A stretch of 64,000 nucleotides of DNA from an uncultured Campylobacteraceae bacterium (GTDB lineage: Bacteria > Campylobacterota > Campylobacteria > Campylobacterales > JALSKU01): the NCBI GenBank assembly GCA_964556545.1, contig CAZKWE010000092.1, positions 9,213 through 73,212 of the forward strand, read 5' to 3'. Position numbers and translations under genes: made by a program. The notes beneath the pieces were generated by a model. That model did no database searches. It was not told the origin of the DNA and was given only the letters and a program-made list of their open reading frames with translations. Each line of letters starts with the position of its first letter. Position 1 is the stretch's first letter. Shown piece after piece: positions 48,966 to 59,631 of the stretch.

Positions 48966-49790
48966 ATGTCCTGCTGGAATCATATATACCAAAATTTTTC
49001 ACCTATTGCTTTTAAGATAGGTGATATTAGCGTACATTGGTACGGTATAATGTATGTTTTTGCTCTATTATCAGCATTATATATAGCTAAATGGGTAGTA
49101 AAACACGATAAACTTCCTATAAAACAAGAAGAGTTGGACAATTATTTTATATGGGTTGAGATAGGAGTCATACTTGGAGCAAGATTGGGATATATACTTT
49201 TTTACGACCCTCATACGACATACTATCTTACTCATCCATGGCAGATACTAAATCCCTTTATGGATGGTAGATTTGTGGGAATCAGCGGTATGAGTTACCA
49301 TGGTGCGGTCATTGGTTTTTTGCTCGGAAGTTATCTTTATGTAAAAAAATACAAAACGGACTTTTGGCTTTTGATGGATATTGTTGCAATTGCTATCCCT
49401 TTTGGATATATTTTTGGAAGAATTGGCAACTTTTTAAATCAAAGACTTATAGGAAGAGTAACTGATGAGCCTTGGGGAATATATGTAAATGGTATTTTAA
49501 GACACCCTTCACAACTTTATGAAGCATTTTTAGAAGGTTTTTTGATATTTATACTTCTATTTATATACAGAAAACATAAGAAATTTAACGGAGAACTCAT
49601 TATATTATACGGTATATTGTATGGTATAGCCAGATTTACTGCTGAATTTTACAGACAACCAGATATACAACTCGGTTTTATATGCTGTGGCTGGATGACT
49701 ATGGGGCAACTTCTTTCAATCGTTATGATCGTTTTTTCAATAATATTTTACTACTATAAAAAACAAAAATGTTTAAACAATGTTGAATAA
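48966..49790 (+). CDS. lgt: prolipoprotein diacylglyceryl transferase
   Basis: 274 aa. HWYGIMY near the N-terminus, GRIGNFLNQ motif, multi-TM. Confidence 0.85.
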   Translation: MSCWNHIYQNFSPIAFKIGDISVHWYGIMYVFALLSALYIAKWVVKHDKLPIKQEELDNYFIWVEIGVILGARLGYILFYDPHTTYYLTHPWQILNPFMDGRFVGISGMSYHGAVIGFLLGSYLYVKKYKTDFWLLMDIVAIAIPFGYIFGRIGNFLNQRLIGRVTDEPWGIYVNGILRHPSQLYEAFLEGFLIFILLFIYRKHKKFNGELIILYGILYGIARFTAEFYRQPDIQLGFICCGWMTMGQLLSIVMIVFSIIFYYYKKQKCLNNVE

Positions 49791-49963
49791 ACATAATAAC
49801 TAATCACCTGACCCCATAAATATTAATTTTGCAAAAAAAAGCCTTGAACTTAAAATAAAATTTATATTTTAAAGAGTAAAATACTCTTAAGTTATACCGC
49901 AAACTCCCTATACTGCAAGAATGTATAGGTTATGTAAGGTAAAATCAATATAAAGGATTTGCT

Positions 49964-50755
49964 TTGGAAAAGGCTGATATCATAGAAAGCTTAACAGGTG
50001 TAAACCGGGAGAGAAAAAAGAGTCGAATTCCTGCGAAACTTGATTTTTATCAAAGTGCAACAGGATTATTTTTAGGACTTTTTATGTGGGCTCATATGAT
50101 CTTTGTATCGTCTATACTTTTAGGCAACAATGCTATGTATGACATTACAAAAATGTTTGAAGGACAATTTATATTTGGTGAGGGAAAACCTGTTATTGTA
50201 AGTATTTCGGTATTTATCGTGTTTGTAATTTTTATCGCACATGCAGGACTTGCAATGAGAAAATTTCCCATAAATTACAGGCAGTATAAAACTTTTAAAA
50301 CAAGTATGAATCTGATGAATCATGATGATACGAAAATGTGGTTTATTCAAGCTTATACAGGATTTGCCATGTTCTTTTTGGGTTCTGTGCATTTATATAC
50401 AATTATGACAAAAGCTGACAAAATAGGACCTTATGCATCAAGTGACAGAGTTGTAAGCGATTGGTTTTGGCCACTTTACATACTTCTTCTTTTGGCTGTT
50501 GAATTTCATGGTGCCATCGGGCTTTACAGACTATGTGTAAAATGGGGATGGTTTGATGGCGACAATCCAAAACAGACAAGAGCCAATCTAAAAAAAGCAA
50601 AAAAAATCGTAACGGTTATATTTTTAACCTTAGGAGTACTATCTTTGGCAGCATATATTAAGATAGGTATAGCACACAAACATCAGTACGGACAAAGATA
50701 TGTTCCAACATCATCTATATCTATACAATACAACAAAAACAGAAAGGTAGCATAA
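49964..50755 (+). CDS. frdC: fumarate reductase dihaem cytochrome b subunit
   Basis: 263 aa. Long stretches are near-identical to my recollection of W. succinogenes FrdC ([46 protein letters not shown]). TTG start. Confidence 0.85.
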   Translation: MEKADIIESLTGVNRERKKSRIPAKLDFYQSATGLFLGLFMWAHMIFVSSILLGNNAMYDITKMFEGQFIFGEGKPVIVSISVFIVFVIFIAHAGLAMRKFPINYRQYKTFKTSMNLMNHDDTKMWFIQAYTGFAMFFLGSVHLYTIMTKADKIGPYASSDRVVSDWFWPLYILLLLAVEFHGAIGLYRLCVKWGWFDGDNPKQTRANLKKAKKIVTVIFLTLGVLSLAAYIKIGIAHKHQYGQRYVPTSSISIQYNKNRKVA

Positions 50756-52755
50756 TGAAAGTTATTTATCATGATGCTTTAATCATAGGTGGCGGATTGG
50801 CCGGTCTTAGAGCCGCTGTTGTTGCTCAAAAAAGAGGACTAAATGCGGTAGTCTTATCACTTGTGCCGGTTAAAAGATCGCACTCCGCAGCAGCTCAGGG
50901 CGGTATGCAGGCAAGTTTGGCAAACTCAAAAATGGGTCAAGGAGATAATGAAGATGTTCACTTTGCCGATACCGTAAAAGGAAGCGATTGGGGATGCGAT
51001 CAGGAAGTTGCAAGAATGTTTGTTACTACAGCTCCCAAAGCCATAAGAGAGCTGGCATCTTGGGGAGTCCCGTGGACAAGAATCAAAAAAGGCCCCAGAA
51101 ATGTTGTCATAAATGCCCAAAGAACCACTATAGTTGAAGATGAAAATGCTCACGGACTCATACAGTCTCGTGACTTTGGCGGTACAAAAAAGTGGAGAAC
51201 ATGTTTCACTTCAGATGCAACAGGTCATACCATGCTTTACGGTGTTGCAAATGAAGCTATAAAAGACGGTGTAAACATAGAAGATAGAAAAGAAGCAATT
51301 TCAATTATCAACAAAGATGGCAAATGCTATGGTGCAGTTGTCAGAGACCTTGTTACCGGCGAACTTTCTGCTTATGTAGCAAGAGCGACTCTTATAGCAA
51401 CAGGCGGATACGGAAGAATTTATCAAAATACTACAAATGCCGTTATATGCGAAGGCATAGGTCAAGCTATAACACTTGAAGCAGGCGGTTATCTTGGCAA
51501 TATGGAGGCAATACAGTTTCACCCGACTCCGATTGTTCCTTCGGGTATCCTTTTGACAGAAGGCTGCAGAGGCGACGGAGGAATTTTAAGAGATGTTGAC
51601 GGACATAGATTTATGCCTGATTACGAACCGGAGAAAAAAGAGCTTGCAAGCCGGGATGTTGTAAGTCGAAGAATGATGGAGCATATAAGAAAAGGCAAAG
51701 GCGTACCTTCACCTTACGGTCCTCATTTATGGCTTGACATATCTATCTTAGGCAGAGAACATATAGAGAAAAACTTAAGAGATGTTCAGGATATAGCAAA
51801 AACATTCAATGGTATTGACCCTGCAGATGAAGGTAAAAAAGGATGGTTACCGGTTCGTCCTATGCAGCACTACTCCATGGGTGGCATAAGAGTCAAGCCT
51901 ACCGGTGCCGCTTACAATATGGAAGGTCTTTTTGCCTGTGGTGAAGCAGCATGCTGGGATCTTCACGGCTTTAACAGACTTGGAGGAAACTCAGTCTCTG
52001 AAACTGTAGTATCAGGTATGATAGTGGGAAATTATATGGCCGATCACTGTGAAAAGGTAGATATTGATTTTGATACGGATTTTATCAAGAAAGAGATCAA
52101 AAAACAGCAAGACTATTTAGATGGCATTATTCACAATAATGGCGGAGAAAATCTTTATGACATAAGAAGAAAAATGAGAGAAATAATGGATGAAAAAGTC
52201 GGTATCTTTAGAACCGGAAATGAGCTTGAAGAAGCCGTAGAAGAGTTAAGAGAATTATATATAAAAAGTAAAAATATTTCTATTAAAAATAAAAATACCG
52301 ATTTCAATCCTGAACTTGTAAATGCCTACAGACTTCCGAAAATGCTTAAAATTGCATTATGCGTTGCCAAAGGAGCGAGAGACAGAACTGAAAGCAGAGG
52401 TGCACACTACAGAGAGGATTTCTTAAAAAGAGATGACGCCAACTGGCTAAAAAGAACTCTTGCTTCATGGGGAATGGAAGATGACAATGAACCTATACTA
52501 ACCTATGAGCCATTGGATATTATGAAGATGGAAATGCCTCCTGCTTTTAGAGGCTATGGCAGAAAAGGTATGATTATAGAAAATCCTTTGAGTGCCAAAA
52601 GGCAAGAAGAAGTTGATGCCATAAGAAAAAAATTAGAATCAGAGGGGAAAGACAGATGGGAAATTCAGGATGCTTTGATGCATTTTGAATTACAGCCTGA
52701 ATATAAAAGAAAAAATGAAAGATTAAATGAGCCTTTAGGAGATGACAATGAGTAA
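50755..52755 (+). CDS. frdA: fumarate reductase flavoprotein subunit
   Basis: 666 aa. FAD motif [12 protein letters not shown], covalent-FAD histidine context [10 protein letters not shown], active-site HPT and RGAHYRED. Confidence 0.9.
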   Translation: MKVIYHDALIIGGGLAGLRAAVVAQKRGLNAVVLSLVPVKRSHSAAAQGGMQASLANSKMGQGDNEDVHFADTVKGSDWGCDQEVARMFVTTAPKAIRELASWGVPWTRIKKGPRNVVINAQRTTIVEDENAHGLIQSRDFGGTKKWRTCFTSDATGHTMLYGVANEAIKDGVNIEDRKEAISIINKDGKCYGAVVRDLVTGELSAYVARATLIATGGYGRIYQNTTNAVICEGIGQAITLEAGGYLGNMEAIQFHPTPIVPSGILLTEGCRGDGGILRDVDGHRFMPDYEPEKKELASRDVVSRRMMEHIRKGKGVPSPYGPHLWLDISILGREHIEKNLRDVQDIAKTFNGIDPADEGKKGWLPVRPMQHYSMGGIRVKPTGAAYNMEGLFACGEAACWDLHGFNRLGGNSVSETVVSGMIVGNYMADHCEKVDIDFDTDFIKKEIKKQQDYLDGIIHNNGGENLYDIRRKMREIMDEKVGIFRTGNELEEAVEELRELYIKSKNISIKNKNTDFNPELVNAYRLPKMLKIALCVAKGARDRTESRGAHYREDFLKRDDANWLKRTLASWGMEDDNEPILTYEPLDIMKMEMPPAFRGYGRKGMIIENPLSAKRQEEVDAIRKKLESEGKDRWEIQDALMHFELQPEYKRKNERLNEPLGDDNE

Positions 52756-53476
52756 TGAAGGAAGAGAATTAACTATAACCGCATTAAAGTATGATCCCCA
52801 GGTAAAGGCTTCAAAGCCTCATTTTGTTGAATATAAAATAAAAGAGACCCCGGGCATGACCCTTTTTGTGGCACTAAATTATATAAGAGAGCATCTTGAT
52901 TCTGATCTGTCTTTTGATTTTGTTTGTCGTGCCGGAATTTGCGGAAGCTGCGGTATGATGATAAATGGCAAGCCAAGACTTGCCTGTAAAACTTTAACAA
53001 GTGATTTTAAAGACGGAAAAATCCAACTCTTGCCAATGCCGGCTTTCAAACTTTTAAAAGACTTATCGGTCAATACCGGAGAATGGATGCACGGAATGTG
53101 CGAAAGAGTTGAAAGCTGGATACATTCTACCAAAAAAGTTGATATTGCCAGACTTGAAGAAAGAGTAGAGCCCCAATCGGCTCAGGAAACTTTTGAACTT
53201 GACAGGTGTATTGAATGCGGTATATGTGTTGCGGCCTGCGGAACAAAAGTTATGAGACCTGATTTTATCGGTGCCGTAGGTCTTAACAGGGTTGCCAGAT
53301 TTGAAGTGGATGTACATGATGAAAGAACTGCTGAAGATTTTTATGAACTCGTCGGAGATGATAACGGGATTTTCGGATGTATGACACTTTTGGGATGTGA
53401 GGACAACTGCCCTAAAAATTTACCTCTTCAGACTAAAATTGCCTATATGAGAAGAAAATTGGTTGAACTTAGATAA
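52748..53476 (+). CDS. frdB: fumarate reductase iron-sulfur subunit
   Basis: [2Fe-2S] motif [39 protein letters not shown]. Start is ATG 52748 or 52742. Confidence 0.9.
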   Translation: MSNEGRELTITALKYDPQVKASKPHFVEYKIKETPGMTLFVALNYIREHLDSDLSFDFVCRAGICGSCGMMINGKPRLACKTLTSDFKDGKIQLLPMPAFKLLKDLSVNTGEWMHGMCERVESWIHSTKKVDIARLEERVEPQSAQETFELDRCIECGICVAACGTKVMRPDFIGAVGLNRVARFEVDVHDERTAEDFYELVGDDNGIFGCMTLLGCEDNCPKNLPLQTKIAYMRRKLVELR

Positions 53477-53501
53477 TTACCGCACCATTTGGTGCGGTAA
53501 T
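53476..53501 (+). terminator. hairpin after frdB
   Basis: attaccgcacc-attt-ggtgcggtaat, 11-bp perfect stem overlapping the frdB stop. No clear T-tract on the plus strand. Confidence 0.5.
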
Positions 53502-53539
53502 CAAAAGGTCATTTTTTACAAAGCGGTTTAAGAATATCT

Positions 53540-54571
53540 CTAATCCTCTATCTTTTTATAAACACTAAGTATCGATATAAAAAGCGTAGTTATGGCAGGT
53601 CCTAAAACCATACCCCAAAAACCAAATGTTGAAAGACCTGCAAGAATGGATAAAAATACCAAAAGTTCATTTATGGTAGTTTTTGTTTTAAAAAATCTCT
53701 CATTGATATATTTGATAATCATAGGCTTCAAAAATGTATCTGCAATGATAGAAATAACTACAATAGAATATACGGCAAAAAACAAAGCTTCTTTCGTATG
53801 CCCCAAAGACAACTCATATAAAGATATAGGAAGCCACATTACAGCTCCGCCTATAACCGGAATCAACGAAGAAAACCCATATAATATCCCGAGCAACAAT
53901 CCGTTATATCCATATATTTTTCCGATAATACCAAACAAAAACCCCTCAAGTATCGCCGTTGTCAATATAGAATAAAAAACAACATTCATAACATCAGTTA
54001 TTTGAGAAAATATTTCGTCAACCTCATTTTTTTGCATCGGCAAAACTGTTTTAAAATATCTTACTAATTCATTTGCATAAAGATTAACAAAGAAGAAAAA
54101 GACAACTATCAAAAACATATCTTTTAAAAATCCGGCACTCATCTTTCCAAATATTGTTGCATAAGGAAGTATAAAACCGCTTATATTTTCAACATTTATT
54201 TTGGAAACAAAATCATCAAAATATTTTTGAAAATAACTCAAAGCATCCGGAAGCTTATAGTGCAGATTGGTCAAATATGTTGAAATTTTCTCTATATAGC
54301 TGATATCAAAATGATTGATATCCTGCACAAGGGTATTTACCGAGTAAATAATAGGTACAAAAAACAGTATGGACATTATAATTGTTGAAGCCAATGTACC
54401 TACAATTTTACTTTTTGTAACTTCTGTAAATTTTTTGGTAACACTGAAAGTTGCGATACTGAGCAAAACCGCGATGATGATAGTCATCAAAAACGGTTTA
54501 TACAGATATATAACCAATACTGCCATAAGCAGTGTCATAAGTGTTAAAAAATTTTTATCTTTTTGATGCAA
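53540..54571 (-). CDS. AI-2E family transporter (PerM-like)
   Basis: 343 aa, about 8 TM. C-terminal region LSTFGFWGMVLGP is typical of the AI-2E/YdiK family. Confidence 0.7.
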   Translation of the reverse strand: MHQKDKNFLTLMTLLMAVLVIYLYKPFLMTIIIAVLLSIATFSVTKKFTEVTKSKIVGTLASTIIMSILFFVPIIYSVNTLVQDINHFDISYIEKISTYLTNLHYKLPDALSYFQKYFDDFVSKINVENISGFILPYATIFGKMSAGFLKDMFLIVVFFFFVNLYANELVRYFKTVLPMQKNEVDEIFSQITDVMNVVFYSILTTAILEGFLFGIIGKIYGYNGLLLGILYGFSSLIPVIGGAVMWLPISLYELSLGHTKEALFFAVYSIVVISIIADTFLKPMIIKYINERFFKTKTTINELLVFLSILAGLSTFGFWGMVLGPAITTLFISILSVYKKIED

Positions 54572-54582
54572 CTATCATCCTT

Positions 54583-55584
54583 TTAAAATAGTGAGTTTTT
54601 TATACCAAGCTTAAACAAATCATAAGTCTTTGGTGTAGCAATCCTGCCTCTGGCTGTTCTTTGTATATAGCCGTTTGCAAGCAAATATGGCTCTATGACA
54701 TCTTCTATGGTTACCTCATCTTCGCTTAAAGCAGCCGCGATGGTATTTAATCCCAATGGTTTTCCTTTTGATTCAAGCAAAATTTTTAAAAACCCTACAT
54801 CAAGTTCATCAAACCCCATATCATTTACACCGAGTTCATCAAGACCGTATTTTGCAGTATCAAGCGTAATACTCTTTTTTTTATCTACTTCTGCAAAATC
54901 TCTTACTCTTTTTAAAAGTCTAAGAGCGATTCTGGGCGTTCCTCTGCTTCTTCTTGCTATCTCCAATGCCGCATCATTTTCACATTTTATATTTAATTTT
55001 CCTGAAGCAATTTTAATTATCTCTCCAAGCTCGTCATTGCTATAAAACTGAAGTCTAAAATGCATACCGAACCTGTCTCTAAGAGGCGAACTTATCATAC
55101 CTGCTCTGGTTGTTGCTCCAATAAGTGTAAATTTAGGAATATCTATCTTTATCGTTTGTGCCGCCGGTCCGCTTCCAATGATAATATCAAGTCTAAAATC
55201 CTCCATCGCCGAGTACAATATCTCTTCAACCGCAGGAGAAAGCCTGTGTATCTCATCTATAAAAAGTATATCCAGCTCTTCCAAATTTGTTAAAATTGCA
55301 GCCAAATCACCGGCTTTTTCTATCATAGGAGCAGTTGTCACTTTGATATTTGCTTCCATTTTATTGGATATGATATAAGCCAGTGTTGTTTTGCCAAGCC
55401 CCGGAGGTCCGAAAAACAGAGTATGATCAAGAGCTTCCTCTCTTTGTTTGGCAGCCTCTATAAAAACTTTTAAATTCTTTTTAATTCTCTCCTGTCCTAC
55501 ATACTCTTCCCAGCTTGAAGGTCTTAAAGTAGCTTCATACCGATTTTCCTCTTCAAACTTCTCAATTTCCACAACCCGTTTCAT
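54583..55584 (-). CDS. ruvB: Holliday junction branch migration helicase RuvB
   Basis: 333 aa. Walker [10 protein letters not shown], Walker B FIDEIHR, sensor and winged-helix regions. Confidence 0.9.
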   Translation of the reverse strand: MKRVVEIEKFEEENRYEATLRPSSWEEYVGQERIKKNLKVFIEAAKQREEALDHTLFFGPPGLGKTTLAYIISNKMEANIKVTTAPMIEKAGDLAAILTNLEELDILFIDEIHRLSPAVEEILYSAMEDFRLDIIIGSGPAAQTIKIDIPKFTLIGATTRAGMISSPLRDRFGMHFRLQFYSNDELGEIIKIASGKLNIKCENDAALEIARRSRGTPRIALRLLKRVRDFAEVDKKKSITLDTAKYGLDELGVNDMGFDELDVGFLKILLESKGKPLGLNTIAAALSEDEVTIEDVIEPYLLANGYIQRTARGRIATPKTYDLFKLGIKNSLF

Positions 55585-56402
55585 CAGTACCAGTACTCCT
55601 CGGAAGGAAAAGTGCTGTTTTTTACATCCTGTACATACTCTTTTACAGCTTTTTTAATTATTTGTGCTCCATTTAAATATCTTTTTACAAATTTCGGTTT
55701 AAATTCATCAAAAAAGCCCAGCATGTCGCTCCACACAAGCACTTGACCATCTGTATCTTTTCCTGAGCCTATGCCAATGGTAGGTATATTTACGGACTCG
55801 GTTATTTTTTTTGCCGCATCTGCTTTGATTCCTTCAAGCACTATACAAAAAACACCTGCTTCTTCCAAAGCCTTTGCATCTTCTATAAGTTTTTCTATCT
55901 CTGTCTCATTTTTTCCTTTGACTCTGTAACCGCCTTCAGCTCTGACAAATTGTGGCATAAGTCCTATATGTCCCATAACGGCTATCGAGTTTTTTGTTAA
56001 CTCTTTTACAATATCGACTCTCTCTTTTCCGCCTTCAAGTTTAATTGCGTCTGCTTTTGTATGCTTATAAATTTTGATAGCATTTTTTAATGCTTCTTTT
56101 TTATTGTGATATGTGCCAAAAGGCATATCGCAAACTACCAAAGCTCTTTTTGTACCTCTGCATACGGATTTGGTATGATATATCATTTTATCTATGCCAA
56201 TTTCCAATGTATCATCAGCTCCTCCGAAACTCATACTTAAACTATCTCCGACCAAAATCACATCTACTATCTCATCAAAAATTTTTGCCATCAGAGCATC
56301 ATATGCAGTAATCATACTTATCTTTTCTTTAAATTTTAAAGATTTTATGCTGTTTATGTTTATCTTTTTCACTTTTCCCCTTTTTTCTTTTTGGGTTATC
56401 AA
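55584..56402 (-). CDS. panB: 3-methyl-2-oxobutanoate hydroxymethyltransferase
   Basis: 272 aa. MITAYDA, VGDSL, and KLEGG motifs of PanB. Confidence 0.85.
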   Translation of the reverse strand: MITQKEKRGKVKKININSIKSLKFKEKISMITAYDALMAKIFDEIVDVILVGDSLSMSFGGADDTLEIGIDKMIYHTKSVCRGTKRALVVCDMPFGTYHNKKEALKNAIKIYKHTKADAIKLEGGKERVDIVKELTKNSIAVMGHIGLMPQFVRAEGGYRVKGKNETEIEKLIEDAKALEEAGVFCIVLEGIKADAAKKITESVNIPTIGIGSGKDTDGQVLVWSDMLGFFDEFKPKFVKRYLNGAQIIKKAVKEYVQDVKNSTFPSEEYWY

Positions 56403-56455
56403 TTTTATCCAAAAAATGATATAATATCAATCAATCTTAAAAAGAAGGTAGTATT

Positions 56456-56866
56456 GTGGGTATAAAACAAAATTTATTTGACAATTACGACTATGATATC
56501 GTGGATGATTTTATACTGCATTACAGTGTAATGACTTATCAAATGGAAAACCTTATAATATACTCCGCCAAAGAGGACGAATATAAAGAAAATATTGAAG
56601 AATTATTTAGAATTGCCCACAATATAAAATCAGCTGCAGGATTTTTAAAAATAGAGCCTATTTTAAAACTTGCAACTCTGCTTGAAGAAGTTTTGGAAGA
56701 AGCAAGAGAGCTTAAAGGACCTTCAAATGATGACTTTATAGACTGGATGCTATCAGTAAAAGATCAATTTGAAAGATATAAGGAAGATTTAGAAAATGAT
56801 GCCGAAGAGTTTGGCGATCTTGATACAAATATTATCAAAATACCTACGGATTTGGAAAAAAAATAG
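56456..56866 (+). CDS. stand-alone HPt (histidine phosphotransfer) domain protein
   Basis: 136 aa. HPt signature around AHNIKSAAGFL, helical bundle composition. GTG start. Confidence 0.6.
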   Translation: MGIKQNLFDNYDYDIVDDFILHYSVMTYQMENLIIYSAKEDEYKENIEELFRIAHNIKSAAGFLKIEPILKLATLLEEVLEEARELKGPSNDDFIDWMLSVKDQFERYKEDLENDAEEFGDLDTNIIKIPTDLEKK

Positions 56867-56880
56867 ACAAAAAGAGAAAT

Positions 56881-57621
56881 ATGATGAAAAAATTGGTTGC
56901 TTATATAACTTGTGCATATCCTGATATAAATTTTACAGAAGATTTGATACTTTCACTCAAAGACAATGGTGTGGATTTTGTAGAGCTTGGGGTTCCTTTT
57001 TCCGACCCTGTTGCTGATGGACCCGTTATAGAAGAAGCAAATTTAAAAGCACTTCAAAACGGCTTTAAGATGAAAGATTTGTTTGAAGTTTCCAAAAGAG
57101 TCGCCAAAGAAATTGATACCTTGTGGATGGGATATTTTAACCCTTTTTATAAAAACGGAGTTGAATTTCACATACAAAAAGCAAAAGAATTCGGTATAAA
57201 AGGTTTTATCGTACCTGATTTGCCCTATGAAGAAGCAATAAACTACAAAGACAAGTTTGAAAAAAGCAATGTTTCACTCATAGATTTTGTTGCACCTACG
57301 GATTCTCAGGCAAGGATAAATCAAATAGTCAAAAATGCAAAAACTTTTATATATCTTGTTGCGTATGCAGGCATAACCGGTTCGGGAAAAAATGAAGATT
57401 TGACTTTGATTGTCAACAACATAAGAGAAGCAACAAATACGGATATATTTTTGGGTTTTGGCGTCAATGAAAAAACTGCAAAGAAAAAGTCAGAAAATGT
57501 TGACGGAGTTATAGTCGGAAGTGCCTTTGTAAAAGTACTTCTTGATGAAAGCTTAACAAATATACAAAAAATTGATAATATATCTCAACTTGCATCTTGT
57601 ATAAAAAACGAGATTAATTAG
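56881..57621 (+). CDS. trpA: tryptophan synthase alpha chain
   Basis: 246 aa. ELGVPFSDPVADGPVI motif, GF.VPDLP, C-terminal GVIVGSA. Confidence 0.85.
   Translation: MMKKLVAYITCAYPDINFTEDLILSLKDNGVDFVELGVPFSDPVADGPVIEEANLKALQNGFKMKDLFEVSKRVAKEIDTLWMGYFNPFYKNGVEFHIQKAKEFGIKGFIVPDLPYEEAINYKDKFEKSNVSLIDFVAPTDSQARINQIVKNAKTFIYLVAYAGITGSGKNEDLTLIVNNIREATNTDIFLGFGVNEKTAKKKSENVDGVIVGSAFVKVLLDESLTNIQKIDNISQLASCIKNEIN
57539..57620 (+). repeat. 82-bp direct repeat, copy 1 (3' end of trpA)
   Basis: ttcttgatgaaagcttAacaaatatacaaaaaattgataatatatctcaacttgcatcttgtataaaaaacgagattaatta. Identical to 58445-58526 except A/G at 57555 vs 58461. Confidence 0.95.
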
Positions 57622-57762
57622 AAGAGTGGGGGTCAGGGCTTTACTTTTAACTTTTTTCTTGATACAACGCAAAAAAATGATACTATGGTGAACAAATTGG
57701 TTGGATGAGCAGAAAACAAACAGAAAAACAGAATTTAATAGCCTTGACAAAGGTTATCAAAT

Positions 57763-58110
57763 ATGATAACATACCACATGAATTGGATAATTGAGTTTTT
57801 TGATGAGAGTGTAGAGGCAAAAACCCTTGCCCTGCCTCCAAAGATTTTGGCAATAATGCTACACATTTTTGAATTGATAGAAATGGCAGGAGCTCAGCTT
57901 GGAGAACCCTACACAAAACCGCTTAATGATGGTTTGTTTGAAGTACGAGCAAAAGCCAAAGAGGATATTGGTAAAAGTATCTACTGTTATCAAAAAGGGC
58001 AAAAGATCATCATCTTACATTCATTTGTAAAAAAGGACCAAAAAATACCAAAAAAAGATTTACAAATCGCTCTTAAACGCAAAAAGGAGATAGACAATGC
58101 AAACAACTAA
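57763..58110 (+). CDS. higB: type II toxin, HigB / phage Gp49-like (RelE/ParE superfamily)
   Basis: About 110 aa. Pattern ...LFEVRAKAKEDIGKSIYCYQKGQKIIILHSFVKKDQKIPKKDLQIALKR is typical of Gp49-like toxins. 14-nt overlap with the downstream HTH gene. Start may be ATG 57778. Confidence 0.7.
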   Translation: MITYHMNWIIEFFDESVEAKTLALPPKILAIMLHIFELIEMAGAQLGEPYTKPLNDGLFEVRAKAKEDIGKSIYCYQKGQKIIILHSFVKKDQKIPKKDLQIALKRKKEIDNANN

Positions 58111-58390
58111 AAGACTTACATTTGCCAACTTCAAGAAAAAAGCATTGCAAAACGAAGCGGTTGAAAAAGAATATAATGCACTCAAACCTCTATTTGCCAT
58201 TAAGAAACAGTTGGTTGTGGCACGCCTTGATAAAGGGCTTACACAAGATGAAATTGCAAAGAAAATCGGAACTTCCAAGTCAAATATATCAAGGCTTGAG
58301 AGCTTAAATAACAGCTATATGCCCAATCTCGCAACACTTATGAAATATGCTGAAGCACTTGGTATGAGGCTTGATATAGGATTAAGATAG
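58097..58390 (+). CDS. higA: XRE-family HTH antitoxin (HigA-like)
   Basis: 97 aa. HTH motif GLTQDEIAKKIGTSKSNISRLES. Toxin-first gene order as in HigBA. Confidence 0.7.
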   Translation: MQTTKRLTFANFKKKALQNEAVEKEYNALKPLFAIKKQLVVARLDKGLTQDEIAKKIGTSKSNISRLESLNNSYMPNLATLMKYAEALGMRLDIGLR

Positions 58391-58444
58391 AAGTGGAGGT
58401 CAGTTGCCACCTTAATTTTTTATGATCCCCTAATTTTTCAATTT

Positions 58445-58526
58445 TTCTTGATGAAAGCTTGACAAATATACAAAAAATTGATAATATATCTCAACTTGCA
58501 TCTTGTATAAAAAACGAGATTAATTA
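58445..58526 (+). repeat. 82-bp direct repeat, copy 2 (immediately upstream of ssrA; carries likely ssrA promoter)
   Basis: Same 82 bp as 57539-57620. Contains TTGACA (58459-58464), a 17-nt spacer, then TGaTAATAT (extended -10, 58479-58487). Ends at the first base before mature tmRNA. Confidence 0.9.
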
Positions 58527-58894
58527 GGGAGTGACTTGGCTTCGACAGGAACAGACAAGCTTGAGGTTCATGCCGGTTTGAACAATACCGCAAAAATGTT
58601 CCGTTAAAAATAAACGCAAACAATACAAATTACAGACCTGCGCTCGCTGTAGCGTAATAGCCTAACGGCTCGGTCAGTCATTTGGGTTTCCTGCTATCGG
58701 AAGCCTATTTGGCTTAACACTTTTGATAGCTTGAGATAAAAGGTGTCCTACTTTTATCTGACATTTTGGACTGAGAGTTTTCTATCTTGCAAATGGGTAG
58801 AAAACTTGAAACTTTTTCATTTGCACCAAGCATGTAACAAGACCTCTTGTGAGTCTGTTTTTGGACAGGGGTTCGATCCCCCTCACTTCCACCA
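58527..58894 (+). ncRNA. ssrA: tmRNA (SsrA)
   Basis: 5' GGGAGTGACTTGGCTTCGACAGG and 3' GGACAGGGGTTCGATCCCCCTCACTTCCACCA (tRNA-Ala-like acceptor/T-arm with CCA). Internal tag ORF GCA AAC AAT ACA AAT TAC AGA CCT GCG CTC GCT GTA GCG TAA TAG = ANNTNYRPALAVA**. Confidence 0.93.
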
Positions 58895-58907
58895 ATTTTC
58901 TATCAAA

Positions 58908-59504
58908 ATGGAGCAAATTTTGTATCTTAAGACTATATTTTCTTTATCATTGATAATCATTTTTAGCGGATGCCAAACCTCTCAAAACACACTGACATTA
59001 CCCAAAAAATATCAAAACCGAACCCGGGATAAAAGTTCTCTTCAAAATAATCAAAACTATACATATACCGAACAAACTGCTTTTTATGCTCCAAAAATTA
59101 AAAAAAATATTTTACTACCTACAAATAAAAACTTACAATTTTACGGTAGCGGCTACATAAAAGGAATTCTCAAAAGTATATATTATGACAAAAATAAACA
59201 CAAGTGGATTTATTATATAAAAGGTACGGACTTGTCAAACGGAAAATTAAATAGTGCCAAAGTCTATGCCATAAAAAAATCAGGACACATAAATGATTTT
59301 GTATATGCAATTATAAAAGACGGATATATAAAATCAATCTACATCTATAAATCTTCAAAAAATTACACATTAAAGAAAAAAAGAAAAATAATTAGAAAAA
59401 ATAAGAAAAAAAAGATAATTCACAAAATTTATAAAAAAAGCCCTAAAACAATGCATAGAAAGCAAATTATAAGTGCTCCGAAAGTACAAACGGTTACTTT
59501 TTGA
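58908..59504 (+). CDS. lipoprotein with Lys-rich C-terminus, unknown function
   Basis: Start set to ATG 58908 (MEQILYLKTIFSLSLIIIFSGC, lipobox). The upstream part of track ORF 58743 overlaps the tmRNA gene and is rejected. Confidence 0.55.
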   Translation: MEQILYLKTIFSLSLIIIFSGCQTSQNTLTLPKKYQNRTRDKSSLQNNQNYTYTEQTAFYAPKIKKNILLPTNKNLQFYGSGYIKGILKSIYYDKNKHKWIYYIKGTDLSNGKLNSAKVYAIKKSGHINDFVYAIIKDGYIKSIYIYKSSKNYTLKKKRKIIRKNKKKKIIHKIYKKSPKTMHRKQIISAPKVQTVTF

Positions 59505-59607
59505 TTTACTTTTTGTTAACTTTTTAAAGCTACAATTACCTATTAGCTTAGAAAAAGAAAATATCTTTAAATCTATCAGCTCTCTTGTGTGTTGTTTTCA
59601 TGAAATC

Positions 59608-59631
59608 GGGTGGCGAGAGTCACCCTTTTTT
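59608..59631 (+). terminator. Rho-independent terminator after lipoprotein gene
   Basis: gggtg-gcgagagt-caccc followed by ttttttatttttt. Overlaps the stop codon of the convergent histidine kinase gene. Confidence 0.6.

Noticed and set aside
57539-58526. Integron cassette array interpretation of the TA insertion
   Set aside because: There is no intI integrase, no attI, and no recognisable attC stem-loop symmetry. Only one cassette-like unit is present. It is described simply as a repeat-flanked insertion.
58743-58907. N-terminal 55 codons of track ORF 58743-59504
   Set aside because: This part overlaps the 3' half of the tmRNA gene, including the T-arm and CCA end (translated as ...GQGFDPPHFHQ). 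A proper lipoprotein signal peptide begins at the internal ATG 58908, so only 58908-59504 is kept.
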